Source of the DNA: Octopus vulgaris
Lineage: Eukaryota
NCBI GenBank assembly: GCA_951406725.2
Contig: OX597815.1
Location: forward strand, 69,440,001-69,504,000
DNA length: 64,000 bases
Reading direction: 5' to 3'
Of the stretch, positions 28,021 through 43,113 are shown in pieces. Under the pieces are notes generated by a model. That model was not told where the DNA came from and ran no database searches. It was given only the letters and a program-made list of their open reading frames with translations. The translations under genes were made by a program, and so were the position numbers. How positions within the stretch are numbered: the first letter of the stretch is position 1; each line of letters starts with the position of its first letter.

Positions 28021-28200
28021 GTCACTTCAAATAAACGGAAAAAGTGAATAAAAAGGAACATGAGGATGTGCACAAGAAATACATAGGCTTGACGCTTGGT
28101 GAAAGAAAAGCGTTTGATGTTCAAATCCAGCTCTTCGTTGGAAAGGAGCAAGGGAAAAGTCCAAAGAAGGAAAAGAAATCACCAACGGCATACGTGTAGT

Positions 28201-28232
<32 letters not shown>

Positions 28233-28385
28233 TATATATATACGAACACACACCAGCCGAAATTACTACGATGATCCGGTTCTTGACTGAAGACTGAGGG
28301 TTTCGAATGTCCTGTCCGTGTTTATTGTGTCGTCTTCTAAGAGTTATACTGTTCTTGTCCATGTTGTATTTTTCTACATACCTTA
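28021..28385. mobile_element. Two adjacent PLE pLTR-like fragments (family H2 minus 28021-28200; family H3 plus 28250-28385)
   Basis: Homology to 19427-19650 and 62430-62640 respectively. Confidence 0.55.
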
Positions 28386-29202
28386 ATATATATACACACA
28401 CATACATATTAAAAAGTCAATAAAAGAAAATGGAAAAGAAAGAATGTAAAAGATACTGGGTTCATTTTATTTGTATCACAATAGAAAAGTGATGCAAATT
28501 AAAAGAGATACCTATAAGAACAAGTATAAAAGTATAAAACCGCATCCAGAAAACAACCAGAAAATATTAAAAAAAAAACTACATGTTTCAATCCTACAGT
28601 ATGTTTGAATCATCAATATTGTAACTTTTATAGATGTAATAAACACTATATTGCGGATATCTTCAGGGAAAAGTAAGTATATTTTCCAGTCTTGAATTAC
28701 GAAATAATTTATTTGAGGAATATGTTTAGGAATTTTCAAATGTAAACAACAACTTATTAGGAGGCAGAGTTCATGTGATTAGAAATTGTTCGTTTAAAAT
28801 TTAGCTAATATTGAACGTTGAAATGCTGCTAAAACATCAAATTCATTTGAAAAGTATATCTATAATTATATTTAAAGCTAAATTTAAATATATTTCTAAA
28901 AGTTTATGTGAGGTAGATAGTAGAAAGACATATGTAACTTACCATGAGGGGTACAATATACAAAGAATTAGATTGGGAAATGTTAATAAAGATGAGATGG
29001 AAAGTATGTTTATATTATACAACGATTATTTTTCTTTTAGATAGACTGAACATCCCAATGTTCAGTCTATGTGAAATGCTATCTTAGAATCTTCCGAAAG
29101 TTCCTTTTTGCCTCCACATGTGAATGAAAATGAAAATTTAGAACTACTTTTAAGCTGTTAATAAAGAATCTACCTTGGCAGGCAAATATCTTGTATTTTT
29201 TT

Positions 29203-30010
29203 ACTTTTACTTGTTTTACTTATTGGACTGGGAACCGCATTGAAGGGTTTTAGTTGAACAGATCGACCCAGGTACTTATTTTTAGTCTGGCATTTGCTCT
29301 ATCGGCTTATTTTGTCGAACCGCTAGGGATCGGGGACGTAAACAAGCCAAAGTGGTGGGGAGACAAACACAAACACAAAAACACACATATGTATACGGCA
29401 GGGGTCACCAAGCTAAAGCCCGCGAGGGCAATTCACCGCCGCACTGTATTTTTTGTGTAAGTACCTGCAATGAGAGTTCATTTGCCTCTGGTATGGCACC
29501 AGTGTTTGGAACAACTTATGTCTGTCAGCAAACATTTTCAATAATGAAGTATGTGAAATCAGCAGATCGATGAACATTTCAAAGCAATTCTCTTGGTTAG
29601 ATGCAGCAATTCCAAAGCAAATATTGCCAATATCTTAAACACCAATTTCACAAATCTTTCTAACCTTTTTTGCTGCTTAGTCTGATTCGGATATGTGCGC
29701 ACTGGGTGTGATATAACTATCTAATAGCTAAATGTCACCTTCTTTGGTAACATTTTGGTAAATGAATATGTTGGTTGTCTTTATATTTTGTGTATTCCCT
29801 ACTGTATTGGACTAAATGGTTATGCGGCCCGCGCTCATCATTCTCTCAGTTATCTGGCCCGCCGTGAAAAAACGTTTGGCGACTTCTGATATACGGGAAG
29901 GCTTTCTCAGTTTCCGTCACTTCTAAATTCAGTGACAAGGCATTTGTCGGTCCTGGGACTGAACTTGAAATCACGTAGTTGCAAAGCGAGCTTCTTAAGT
30001 ACACAGCCAT
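29203..30010 (-). mobile_element. SINE family A interrupted by a hAT element
   Basis: SINE segments 29203-29398 and 29889-30010 are colinear with intact copies. Confidence 0.8.
29399..29888 (+). mobile_element. Non-autonomous hAT (Charlie/Buster-type) deletion derivative
   Basis: TIRs CAGGGGTCACCAA / TTGGCGACTTCTG; 8-bp TSD gtatacgg/atatacgg (NNNTANNN); dimerisation-domain relic FGTTYVCQQTFSIMKYVKS. Confidence 0.9.
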
Positions 30011-30064
30011 GTCTGTGCTTCTACTATTAGACGATCATTTGGGATTTGGGGATTTTGATATTGA

Positions 30065-30234
30065 TTTCAAATTTTGGTACCAGACCAGAAATTTGGGAGT
30101 GTTCAAATGGCTCTTATTTTATCAACACGGAATGATGAAAGGCAAAGTTGACTCCAGCGGAATTTGAACGCAGAACGTAAAGACGGACGAAATGCCGCTA
30201 TACATTTTGCCTGGCGTGCTAACGATTCTGTCAG
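30065..30234 (-). mobile_element. SINE family C, degenerate
   Basis: Shared core and head. Confidence 0.8.
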
Positions 30235-30371
30235 ATTTTGATATTAATCGTTTTGATATGTTAGAGATTGCTAATATGTGGTTTGCTTGCTACTTTCATT
30301 AAAGAGATCATTCTGAGTAAGTATGTGAGCCATTCCAGTGTCTTTTCGGTGCATGTGATATATATATATAT

Positions 30372-30723
<352 letters not shown>

Positions 30724-30934
30724 TTTTTTACTTCATTTGACTGCGTCCATACTGGAGTATCGCCTTGAAGTAACTCAGAAATTGATTGTGTCCCTTACAT
30801 CCATTGGTCATATAAAAAATAACAAATATTGCTTTTTATATTAGAATCACGTGTTTGAAATTAAAAAAAATATTTACTTCCGGTTTTCTAGCGTCAGTGA
30901 CGTCTATATCTCTCTATCCATCTCTGCCTCTCTA

Positions 30935-31007
<73 letters not shown>

Positions 31008-31024
31008 GTCTGTCTACATCTTAT

Positions 31025-32349
31025 CTATCTATAACTACCTTATTTGTCTAACTAGCTAGCTCTCGCACTTTCCCCCTCTTTCTATATCTTACTCACTCTC
31101 TATTGTTTTCACTTTTAGTTCAATCAGTATTGTTTTCACTGTAAGCTTTCAATGGCTGTTTACAAACAACAACGATAAATTACTGCCAGAAAGAAGTTCA
31201 CAATTACTGACGAAAGTAATTTCATACATAATTTACTGACAGAAGTAACTTCATAAATTTCACTTCAATCCGTATACTTCGTGAAATTTTCCTACAAATT
31301 TCTTATTTGCTTTTGCAACGTTTTGTGTTTTTTGCTGTTGACGTAATTACTGATAAAAGTAAGTTCATAATTTACTGACAGAAGTATCTTCAAAAATTTC
31401 ACTTAAATCAGTACACTTAGTTAATTTCCCTAAAAAATATTTTATTTACTTTTGCAACAGTTTTGTGTTTTTCTGTTGTTAGCGGCTTTTTTCTGGTTCC
31501 TTCGATACTGGCTCTTTGGTTCACTGACAATTTCGCTTCAACCTGTAGAATTCTTTATTTTTCGTAAAAAACTTCTTATTTGCTTTCTGCTCTTCGTATT
31601 AAGAAATATAATTTCCGTTACCAAGTTATTTTCATTGTTTACTATCTTCTGCACCCGTGTATTTCTGTATACGTATATAACCATACCTAGAAGGAAAGTG
31701 TCAAATTTGTCTACAATGTCAAGGTGAGCCAAAATAACATCTCTGTCCAGGGAAAGAGAGACAGCTGCAGAAAGGGAAGCATACCAAGAAATGAACAGAC
31801 TCTGCACTACAAAAGCCAGAGCATCTCAAAGTGATGAACAGCGGTATGCTAGACTGACAAGGAATAAGATCACTTGTCATCAACCGATCAAGATTCAACC
31901 ACTTCCAAAATAAAATTAGACAATACAAACGCTGCACTGATGACATCATTTGGAGTCAAAAGAGATTTAACTGAGCCAGGATTCATGCAAACTTTCAAGA
32001 TCCAAGGTCAGATTTATCGGATTGGCTCTCTATTACCCCAGTCAAATGTGTCACCAAAATCGGTCTTTCATTGTTTATGATATGTACCTGTTTTTTTTTT
32101 TGGCGGGGGGGAGGGGTATATGAAATAAGCTACACAAAACGTGTTTTTGAATTACGTCTATTTACTATGAGTTGAAAACTTTCTCTTAACGTTTCACTGA
32201 ACGTCTATGTTCCATGCTGGCATGGGTTGGAGAGTTATTAATGTAGAAAGTTGATGTCTTAGCTACTAGGAGTTGAGACCTGCGTAATCTAGACGGCATT
32301 TTAAAATTTCATTATCTTTAACCCGGGCAACGCCGGGTATTTCTGCTAG
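31025..32349 (+). mobile_element. Non-autonomous, internally deleted Helitron
   Basis: 3' hairpin acccgggc-aac-gccgggt followed by CTAG|T at 32346-32350; RepHel relic NAALMTSFGVK..GFMQTFKIQGQIYRIGSLLP; internal ~143-bp tandem duplication. The 5' TC end is ambiguous within (TCTA)n. Confidence 0.85.
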
Positions 32350-32604
32350 TATATTAGTATATATATACCACGTAAGTTAAGGGTTGAGGATCCAACCCAC
32401 TAAGGGATAATATTTATCCAATATAACTGTATGTTTATATATATATCTGTTTGTATTGAGTGTGGTTTTAAAATTTATAAAATTAAATCTACCGTAATGA
32501 ATTGTTTATATTGTATCGTAATATATGATATATTGGAATCTACTATAATATGTATTGTGATGTGAAGATTACTCTAAATCTAATAATATTGTTATTACTG
32601 ATAA

Positions 32605-32642
<38 letters not shown>

Positions 32643-32666
32643 GTAATAATAATAATAATAATAATA

Positions 32667-32722
<56 letters not shown>

Positions 32723-32923
32723 TATTATTATAATAATAATAAGAATATTAATAATAATTAAATATTGTTTATGAAGTCATGAGCATGGACGTATGTATAT
32801 GTTCCAGTATATATGTATATATATGTATATGACGAATGACCTATTTGCTTGGACCTATTGTTTAATTGTGCTTATTTATGTATTTATACACATGTAGAAG
32901 TATATATACTTTGCTTATGTATG

Positions 32924-32962
<39 letters not shown>

Positions 32963-33044
32963 ATGGATATTTGTTTATATTTATATATATTAAATTGCAC
33001 GTGTATCCTGTTTCATGTATTTATATTTTGAAAGTTCTTTATAA

Positions 33045-33167
33045 TCTCTGACGAGGCTTATGGTTATATATAAGTACCCTATTTTTAAATGCCTACAACC
33101 TCAATATAATTGACAACTATAGGCACTGAAAAATTACTTTTTTCCATAGGCTGAAACAGCTGTAAGA
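33045..33167 (+). ncRNA. Type I hammerhead ribozyme motif, canonical core, ~100-nt stem-loop II
   Basis: tct CTGACGA(33048-54) GGCTTATGG ... CCATAGGCT GAAA(33153-56) C AGCT G TA aga; predicted cleavage after 33164. Confidence 0.65.
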
Positions 33168-33357
33168 GTGATTTTAATGATTTCAATAATTTATATTAAG
33201 ATTTTTATAATTGTATTTTTATTTTATATGTATTGAATTATAATATATATTTGTATGTTATTAAGATTCTCGTTTTTGTTAAATAAATAAATAAGTCAAC
33301 ATTCTAATATCCGAAAGCTGATGAACCAACTAAATTGTTTCTCCATTTTCTTATTTG

Positions 33358-33393
<36 letters not shown>

Positions 33394-34809
33394 GGGCTTT
33401 CCACTTCACAAACAAGCATGGGTATTATAACTAATTAGCATGTAAGGAATATTTGTGTATGTTGTGGTCGTTAAATACTCTAGATTTTAGTTTTTCGGAA
33501 GACGTGCTGCTTGTTCCATCGAATCGGCAAGAAATATCACCGATGATACTTTAATGCGATCTGACCTTGTGACATTTTCACATTAATTATTTTCTTTATG
33601 CATGCGAGTGGCCGTATGGTGTCCATCCGCCGTGGTTTCGTTGGGTTCTTGGGTTTTGACTTTTAGTTTTACACCTAAAGATCTAAAAGCATATAGCATA
33701 GTGGTTAGCCCACCTGCCAAACCACTCCCGATCATATCGTCGTGGGTTCGATTCCCAAATCGAGTGACGCGTTTGTCCTTCGAGTTAGGCACATCATTTC
33801 ACGCTGCTCCAATCTACTCAGCTGAAATTCAGTATCAGCTTTGTACAGGTGTAGCTCTCCCTCTCTCCCCAGATGTCACATCCTTGATTTTCCAGTTGGT
33901 TAAGAGTGCAAGGCCAAGAGGGTATCTATATCTACTTTCGGCTACATAGGTACCTACAACAATTAGCTTTGCACTACATACTATCGTGTTCTACTCGCTC
34001 GTGAGTGATACCTATGTATATACACTGATAGACATAGTTTTGCTTAAATCTATGTATATTATTCAGATGGCCTTCAGTCAGCTAACTTTTTTTCAATTAT
34101 AGCTTTAATCATTATGCTCTTCAATGCCGTTGACAGTTCATCAAGCTGTTCCTGAAAAAAGGAAACATAAAAATCGTCAAATTTAGCCCGAACACCCTAT
34201 AAAGACTACAACGTTAGATTGCTGATAATTTTTGGTGGTTTTAGTCCAGCAGTACATTAGTTCACTAAAGTTATAATGTATTTTGTCTTAGTTTAAAGTT
34301 AAGATTGAAGAATTATTCCAACTGTTCGGCATCAGATCGATACTAGTCTGGAAATGTAATCTTTTATTGAATATGATATTGCTAACGTTAAAAACAGAAA
34401 ACAAGGATGGAGTTATATTTATTTCCAGTTCAATCTTCAACCGTGCCGTTGTTTAGCACAACTAATTTTATATTATCCGGTAAGATCTTAGTGGATTTAG
34501 CAAATTTGAACGAGCAACTGAAATGTGGACGTAAGCATTCCCAAAGGTATCTCGATATATTATTTTAAGTCTTTTAGTCAAAGTTAGCCACGCAAAGAGA
34601 TTATTTCTGTTTCTGACATTTCGCTTCTAGCTCAGTAATCACAGAGACAAAGTATCCTGATGAGGTGAAAGTAGATTAGGATTTGGGGAAATATCTACTG
34701 CGCCGAGAGCTAAAAGATTAAGGCTGTTCTTGTCAGAATCTTAACGAGTTAAGGAAAACAGAAATTACTGGAAGATTTTCCGGTAATTTTACTGATAAAT
34801 CTTGTCCTC

Positions 34810-34891
<82 letters not shown>

Positions 34892-34917
34892 TAACACATG
34901 TGTGTGTGCCTGTGTGT

Positions 34918-35185
34918 GAAGGCGCGTGGCCTAGTGGTCAGGCTGTTGCATTCACGATCGCTAGATCGTGGGTTCGATTCCCTGATTGGGCGGTGCGTTG
35001 TGTTTTTGAACAAAACACTTCATTTCACGTTGCTCCAGCCCCACTTTTGATCAACGGGGAATGCTGGCCTGCTCACTAACCAACAAAGGGTGAGGGCATC
35101 ATTTGAAGGCCAAAACAATGCAAAAATGCTTTGTGACCAGTAATGTGTAACATCTGATAGCCTAGTCGATCACGTGATACCGTGA
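34918..35185 (+). mobile_element. SINE with family-B head and a different 3' body
   Basis: ggcgcgtggcctagtggt..gggttcgattcc..acacttcatttcacgttgctccag head; diverges afterwards. Confidence 0.75.
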
Positions 35186-35189
35186 TATC

Positions 35190-35718
35190 TACCCATTGTG
35201 GCCCCCCTACAAAAAGCAAACCATAATGAGGATCGAAGCGTCACAAAGATCAATCACTAAAAAAATAAATGGCATAATGAGACTTGATTATTGGGCTTGA
35301 CTTAAACAGCTGAAACTCTGTTCTCTGTAACGTCGCCGTGAGCGATACATTATTTGCACCATGTGGACAATATTCTACCAATATTATCAAAATAACATCA
35401 GTATTATGTTTACGATTCACCCAAGACTAGGCCCCCGTGCAATGCGACCCCTACAAAGCATGAGATCACACCACATAAGAACATTGCAAAACAATTTCTT
35501 CACTGCAAATTGTCCTGCTTTTTTCAATGTTATCCCGAAAGAAATTAAAGTAGAAAAAGACCCCACAACTTTCAAACGGTACCTGGACAATTCCTCCAGC
35601 AAATACCAGACAAATCACCTTCTTGATGTCCCGAAATAATTAATTAAAAAACTTCTCCAGGTGGTGCTATTGAGTTAGTCATGAACTGGGCTGATGATGG
35701 CTGAAACCAATATAAGTT
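35190..35718 (+). mobile_element. CR1/Jockey-group LINE 3' relic
   Basis: LWPPYKKQTIMRIEASQRSITKKI..LDYWA*LKQLKLCSL*RRRERYII..FFNVIPKEI..FKRYLD. Confidence 0.85.
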
Positions 35719-35883
35719 ATCTGTGTGTGTCTGTTTATGTATGCATGTTTGTATGCAAATATATATCTGTAATATAATATGTCACATATTATATTACAGA
35801 TATATTCCTCTATTTACATAATATCGAGGTCTCATTCATTCTTTTGTTGTCATACCATTACTATTAATATATATATATATATC

Positions 35884-36272
35884 AGGCGTGACTGTGTGGT
35901 AAGAAGCTTGCATCTCAACCACATGGGTCCAGGTTTAGTCCCACTGAGTATCACCTTGGGCAAGTGTCTTCTACTATACTCTCAGGCCGACCAAAATCTT
36001 GTGTGTGGATTTGGTAGACGGAAACTGAAAGAAGCCCCTCTATATACATGTATAAATTTACGTGGGTGACTTTGTGTCTGTTTGTCCCCCATCACAGTTT
36101 GACAACCGGTGTTGGTGTGTTTACAGCCCCATAACTTAGCGGGTCATCAAAAATGACTGATATAATAAGTACTAAGTTTAAAAATAATTCCTGGGGTCGA
36201 TTTGTTCGATGAAAACCCCTCAAGGTGGTGCTCCAGCATGGCTGCAATCAAATTACTGAAACACGTAAAAGA
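35884..36272 (+). mobile_element. SINE family A, full-length
   Basis: Head aggcgtgactgtgtggtaagaagcttg, CORE-like accttgggcaagtgtctt, tail ggtgctccagcatggc..ctgaaac. Confidence 0.9.
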
Positions 36273-36282
36273 ATATTATATA

Positions 36283-36343
<61 letters not shown>

Positions 36344-36346
<3 letters not shown>

Positions 36347-36790
36347 TTCTTTCTTGCTTGGACTACTGTCCGTGCAACATCTATATTCCTTCCTGTGCTT
36401 GTTAAATCTTATGTCCCTGCCGTAAGGTTTTACTTCCACACACGTCAGCTTAATATAATTCGTCTTTAGTTGAAAGACACCTGTTGTTATGTCCTGTTAT
36501 TTGTATTTGCGTAACATTTCTCTGTTTTTTTCCGTCCTTGTTTTCGTATACATTTGCTGCTTTCTTCCAAGGAATGTAATGCTCTTAGCTTATTTTTTCC
36601 TTGGGGCTGGCCAGATTGGAGCAATCTGGAGTATAACCAGCCGAAATTGCAAAGATAATTTGGAACTCGACTGAAGAAAGAAACTCCCGTCGTTTTTTCT
36701 TTGTATCGTCTATCTAAATGTTTTGTTGTCCCTTTTTTGTTTCACCTAACTGCCTGGATGTTTTGTGTTCTTGTCCCATTTTTGTATTTT
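36344..36790 (+). mobile_element. (TA)n-flanked PLE pLTR-like module (family H3)
   Basis: Colinear with the reverse complement of 56768-57185 and with 62430-62640; contains gaCTGAAGA. Confidence 0.6.
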
Positions 36791-36812
36791 ATATATATAT
36801 ATATATAAATAA

Positions 36813-36951
<139 letters not shown>

Positions 36952-36980
36952 ATTGTTTATATATATTATATATATATATA

Positions 36981-37034
<54 letters not shown>

Positions 37035-37054
37035 ATATATATAAAATACAAAAA

Positions 37055-37522
37055 GTGTGTGTTAGCGCGCGCGAATATGTGTGTGTCTTTGTATTTTTTA
37101 CGCCCCTACCACTGCTTGACAGGTGGTGGAGATGGTTGTGGTGTTGGTGGTGGTATTTATGGCTTCTAGTTGTTAGTGGATTGTGGACAAAATAGAATGA
37201 AATATATTTTTAATGCACTACATAACACATAGTCACATGCACATAAACAAGTATATATATATATATATATATAATATATATAAACAAGTATATAAACAAG
37301 TATATATATATAATATATATATATACTTGTTTATGTGCATCTGACTATGTGTTATGTAGTGCATTAAAAATATATTTCATTCTATTTTGTCCACAATCCA
37401 CTAACAACTAGAAGCCATAAATACCACCACCAACACCACAACCATCTCCACCACCTGTCAAGCAGTGGTAAGGGCGTAAAAAATACAAACACACACACAT
37501 ATTCGCGCGCGCTAACACACAC
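37055..37522. repeat. Near-perfect ~205-bp-arm inverted duplication
   Basis: Arms 37055-37260 and ~37317-37522, about 3 mismatches by eye, AT-rich spacer. Confidence 0.92.
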
Positions 37523-37685
37523 ACATACGACGGGCTTCTTTCACCTTCCGTCACCCATATCCACTAACAAGGTTTTGGTCGGCCCGAGATAATAGTAGAG
37601 GGCACCTGCCCAAGATGCCACGCAGTGGGACTGAATACGGAGCTGCGTGCTTCAGAAGGAAACTCCTTACCACACAGCCACGCCT
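37455..37685 (-). mobile_element. SINE family A, 5' half
   Basis: atacgacgggcttctttc..cagtgggactgaa..cacacagccacgcct. Confidence 0.85.
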
Positions 37686-37794
37686 AAAAATTTACTTCAA
37701 ATAAAAACCACATAATGTACATGAATTATATCACGTAATACATACATAAGGTCATCTCTCCCCTTCTCTCTCTAGCGCTATGTATCTATCTATG

Positions 37795-38008
<214 letters not shown>

Positions 38009-38012
38009 CCTA

Positions 38013-38045
<33 letters not shown>

Positions 38046-38166
38046 GTATATATATCTACCTACCTACCTACCTACATATATATATATATATATATATGAT
38101 TTTATATGTGTGTATCTACCTAGCCAGGCAACAAGAAGGCATATTTGCATTCATGTGTGCGTGTGT

Positions 38167-38219
<53 letters not shown>

Positions 38220-38231
38220 TGTGTGTGCAGT

Positions 38232-38278
<47 letters not shown>

Positions 38279-38317
38279 TATATTTATATATCTATTTACA
38301 TCTGAAAAGAAATATCA

Positions 38318-38368
<51 letters not shown>

Positions 38369-38702
38369 TAGATAGATATATTATGCATCTATGTGTGCAT
38401 CTATGTGCATGTGAATTAGTATCAGTGTTTTGCATGTTAACCTACTTCCCGCTACTGAAAGCCAGTAGTTATTTTAATCTAAATAAACTTTGACGTAGGT
38501 TAACGCAGCAGAATTTGGCCTCTCCATGTTAATTTGATCAGTAACGCAAGAAGCCATTTCTATGAAGCTAATAAAATATTCTTGATGCTACGCTTGTCAT
38601 CAACAGCTACATAAGAATTGCATGTCTTTTAGGTCAACATTATTGTCAAATTGGCATATTGCATATCAACCTTTTATTGATCGTTTCCTTCCTTCCTTCT
38701 TT

Positions 38703-38786
<84 letters not shown>

Positions 38787-39002
38787 TCCGTCGTTCTTTC
38801 TTTCTTTATCGATTTTGGAAGCCTAGCCTTTTTGTATTGTTTCGACCTATTTATAGATTTCTCGCACGATGTGTAGGTTATATGCGTTATGTATGTAATG
38901 TGTGTGTGTGTGTGTGTCGGTGTGTCTGCGTGTGAGTATGTGTGCGTGCGTGTGTGTTGCGTGTGTTCCATGTGCTTTTGTGAGTATACATATACACATA
39001 TG

Positions 39003-39036
<34 letters not shown>

Positions 39037-39179
39037 TATATATATATATTTATATGTATATCTATGTATGTATATATATATCTGTACGCATATTCATGTG
39101 TATATGCATTATGTATGCATGTATATATACGTACATAGATACATACACGTATGTATGTACATATATACATACATGTATG

Positions 39180-39235
<56 letters not shown>

Positions 39236-39282
39236 CACACATGATATGCTCCCAATGAAATCTCTCATTCTTGTTCTCTCTC

Positions 39283-39339
<57 letters not shown>

Positions 39340-41166
39340 TGTGCGTGTGTGTGTGTGTGTGCATATGTGCGTATGCACTGGTATTTATGTGTGTATAAGC
39401 AGTACAAATGTCGCAATAACTTCTTTCTTATGTCAGATGAACAGAAAGTCAATACATGTCGTCAAAGAAGGATTCACATCAGAATTATGTTCAATGTGAC
39501 AGACAACACTTATCTGGTAGAAAGCAGGAAGATTGTTTCGACATATCGACTCTCTTCACCTGGTTGAACTCATCAACCTAATCTATGAATGAAACCACGG
39601 TGTCAGATTGTTAGAAGAACGTAAATGCTAGTCCTTCAGTTAGAATTAGAGAGAAAACGATGAACAAAAGAGTTGCAGCTTACCTTTTTGTAATGTGTAC
39701 ATGCATAAAGGCACGCACACATATATCATCATGATCGTGATGATCATGATGATGAGGATCATTACCATCCCCCTCTTCCTGCTCCTCCTCCTCCCCACCA
39801 CCACTACCACCACCACCACCACACCACCATCATCATCATCATTATCATCGTCATCAACATCGAAAGTTGATTGTTTGGAAAGCTTCTTACAATGAAAAAA
39901 ATTTCATAAAAATTTTAAGTAACAACAATTGTTACCTTACAGATACTTTAATAATTGTTTAAATTTCGGTGGTTTCCTTAGATGTATGTATAAAATTGCA
40001 CAACAGCGTGGATATATGCAGTCTTGTAGGACTGTACATCTTAGATTTAATTACAAAGACGTTTACAGCAACAGACTTTGAGCTTTATAGGGATTACAAA
40101 CAGCACCAATAATTAAAATTTAGACATCCACAAGAATATCATCCACACTTTTTGCTCTTTCAGCCTTAAAACGTTTCGTTAGAAAGGACAAGAAGACTTA
40201 GTACGTGAGCAAACGACACAGTTTAAGTAAAGAGAAAGAGGAGGAGAAAGATAGTGAGATTGAATGAGGAAGTGATTTTTAGTTAAGCCGTTAACTTATC
40301 TACAATTGATTGTCTTAATCCCACTCATTAAAAAATAAAAAATAAAAAAAAAAACTGAATTTCACACTAAATGTACGAATATTTTTCAAATAATTAAATT
40401 CTATACTACCCAACTTAGTTAACATGTAGGGTTTCTCGTCTGTATCTGTTCTCCATTAGTTTAGCTGCGAATTAAACTACCCGAAAATATTGTTGTTTAT
40501 AAAGGTCTTTTGAAAATCCGTTTATTATTTCGCTAAAATTCCTTGAAAATGAGTAAACAATTGAAAAAGAACCCAATCTATTCACAGTTCAAGTTAGAAA
40601 ATTATTTCCTCTTTTCACTGAAACTCTCTTTATAAAATTGTAGTTTTATAAACATCAGATTGTTTTTGAAAGGTTGGTACTTATGCTTCATCTACTTGTT
40701 ATATATTCAAACAAATGGATTCTTTTACATTCAACGCACCCCTCTTTCTCTCTTAGATACTCATTATATCATTCATACACCCCCTTTATTGTTTTTCCCT
40801 CACATTTTCCCCTTCAAAGCTTCTTTTAACAACTCTATTGACCTACCCGAATTCTATATATACAAAACACTGTAAAATAACTCAATATTTTATCATACTT
40901 TCATTTATTAAAATCTATAAACTTAGTCAAAATAATAGATGAAACCTTCCCATCATTTCACGTTAAATTAACGATATATGATGGAAACAATGCACTTATT
41001 TACTACACACACATCTATGCATATATATATATATATTTCAGGAAACTGAAATATAGTGAAACATATAACGAAATAATGTATACGCATATATCCAAACGTA
41101 TGTACATACATAGATACATACATATACATACGTATGCATACATATGTATGTGTGTGTGTGTGTGTG

Positions 41167-41209
<43 letters not shown>

Positions 41210-42692
41210 TAGAAACCGGGAGACCGGCTTTATACTCCTTGCAGAGTAATGCGAACTAACTTAACAACCCCACACGCGTACACACGCACACACATACTTT
41301 ATTTTTGAGTTAACAAGGCTGCCAGTAGTTTCAAATAAGATATTCCTTACAATTGTTCAAGTGTACCAAAATGGAGACGCATACAAACGTTTCCATGTGC
41401 TGCGCTTGAATAATTGTAAGGAATCTACAAGTAACCTATAATGACTACTCGAAACAACTGTAAGTCAAATTTACTCCAATAAAGGAAAAATATATAATGA
41501 CAATTCTTTCTTTCTTTCACACACGCACGCACGCATGCACGCATGCATGCACTCACGCACGTATGTACGCACGCACGCACATACGCACGCACTCACACAC
41601 ACACACACACACACATAATATTTATATATATTTATACCTAGTATATCACTCTATATAAAACGGTGAACTATAACCTCGGACCCTGCCATAATTCTATATT
41701 GAAGTATTTTTCCCGGATTGGTAATCCCTTACCAATACACACACACACACACACACACACACATAAATAAACTAATATCGAACACACCACCCACTCACAT
41801 GCATGCATATATCTGCTTGACTTCCATTTCACCCTATGTTGCTTAGGGCTATATCAGTTCTTCTAACAGGTTGCTGTCTCGGTCGTTTGACCATTCTCTA
41901 TTTCCTGAGATGGGGAAGTTGTGAGAGGCACATTACAACTCTTCTCCAGACCAACGTACAGTATGGTGTGGAAAGTAACTCATGAAGTTTATCTTTTGTC
42001 TCATTTTTACTTAAACACCATTGTATAGTCAATATATAATCTAATAAATTTATTTTAACCAATGAGATCACAGGGTGTTATTTACTACATTCGTGAGAAT
42101 ACAATTTCGACTAGTAGCAAGTAGTTTTGTTTTTGCACCTCTGATAGGTCTTTCAGAATTGATAAAAATAGTTGTCAAATGTCGTTTAAATAACAATTAA
42201 ATCAGGACCATGTATTACCCACACGCACATACACACATATACATAGCTTCCTATATATACATTTATATTTATGAGACAAGACAACACTTTAGATGGTAGT
42301 TAGGTCAGATAGTAGTAGCAGCCATATCTCACTCAATTACTCCACTGACATGAATACATAAATACTACATAAACTGAACACACATGCACGCACACGCACG
42401 CATGCACACGCACGCATGCACACGCACGCATGCACACGCACGCACGCAACGCACGCACGCACACGCACGCACACGCACGCACGCACACGCACGCACGCAC
42501 ACGCACGCACGCACACGCACGCACGCACGCACACGCACGCACGCACGCACACGCACGCACGCACACGCACGCACGCACGCACGCACACACGCAAACACAT
42601 TACATAAGATCATTCATAATATCATTAATCTTATAGAAGTTTGTATGGGTGAATATTTATAGATATGCATATATGCATACATAAATATATAC

Positions 42693-42812
<120 letters not shown>

Positions 42813-43043
42813 ATATAAGAAGTATATAAAGGAAGAAGTCAGTCATTTTACTACAGCTGTTAAGAGCTCAGCTGTCTGTTAGATACATTTTGAAATCTGA
42901 TGATTACTACGAACATATGAAAGCGATAATTGAACTTTATGAACATTACAAAATATTTTTTTAATGTTTAACACACTTCAACATTGTAAAAAAATTTACT
43001 TTTTGAAATACCATAATTAAAAAGCGTGAAAACCAGGTTTATA

Positions 43044-43113
<70 letters not shown>

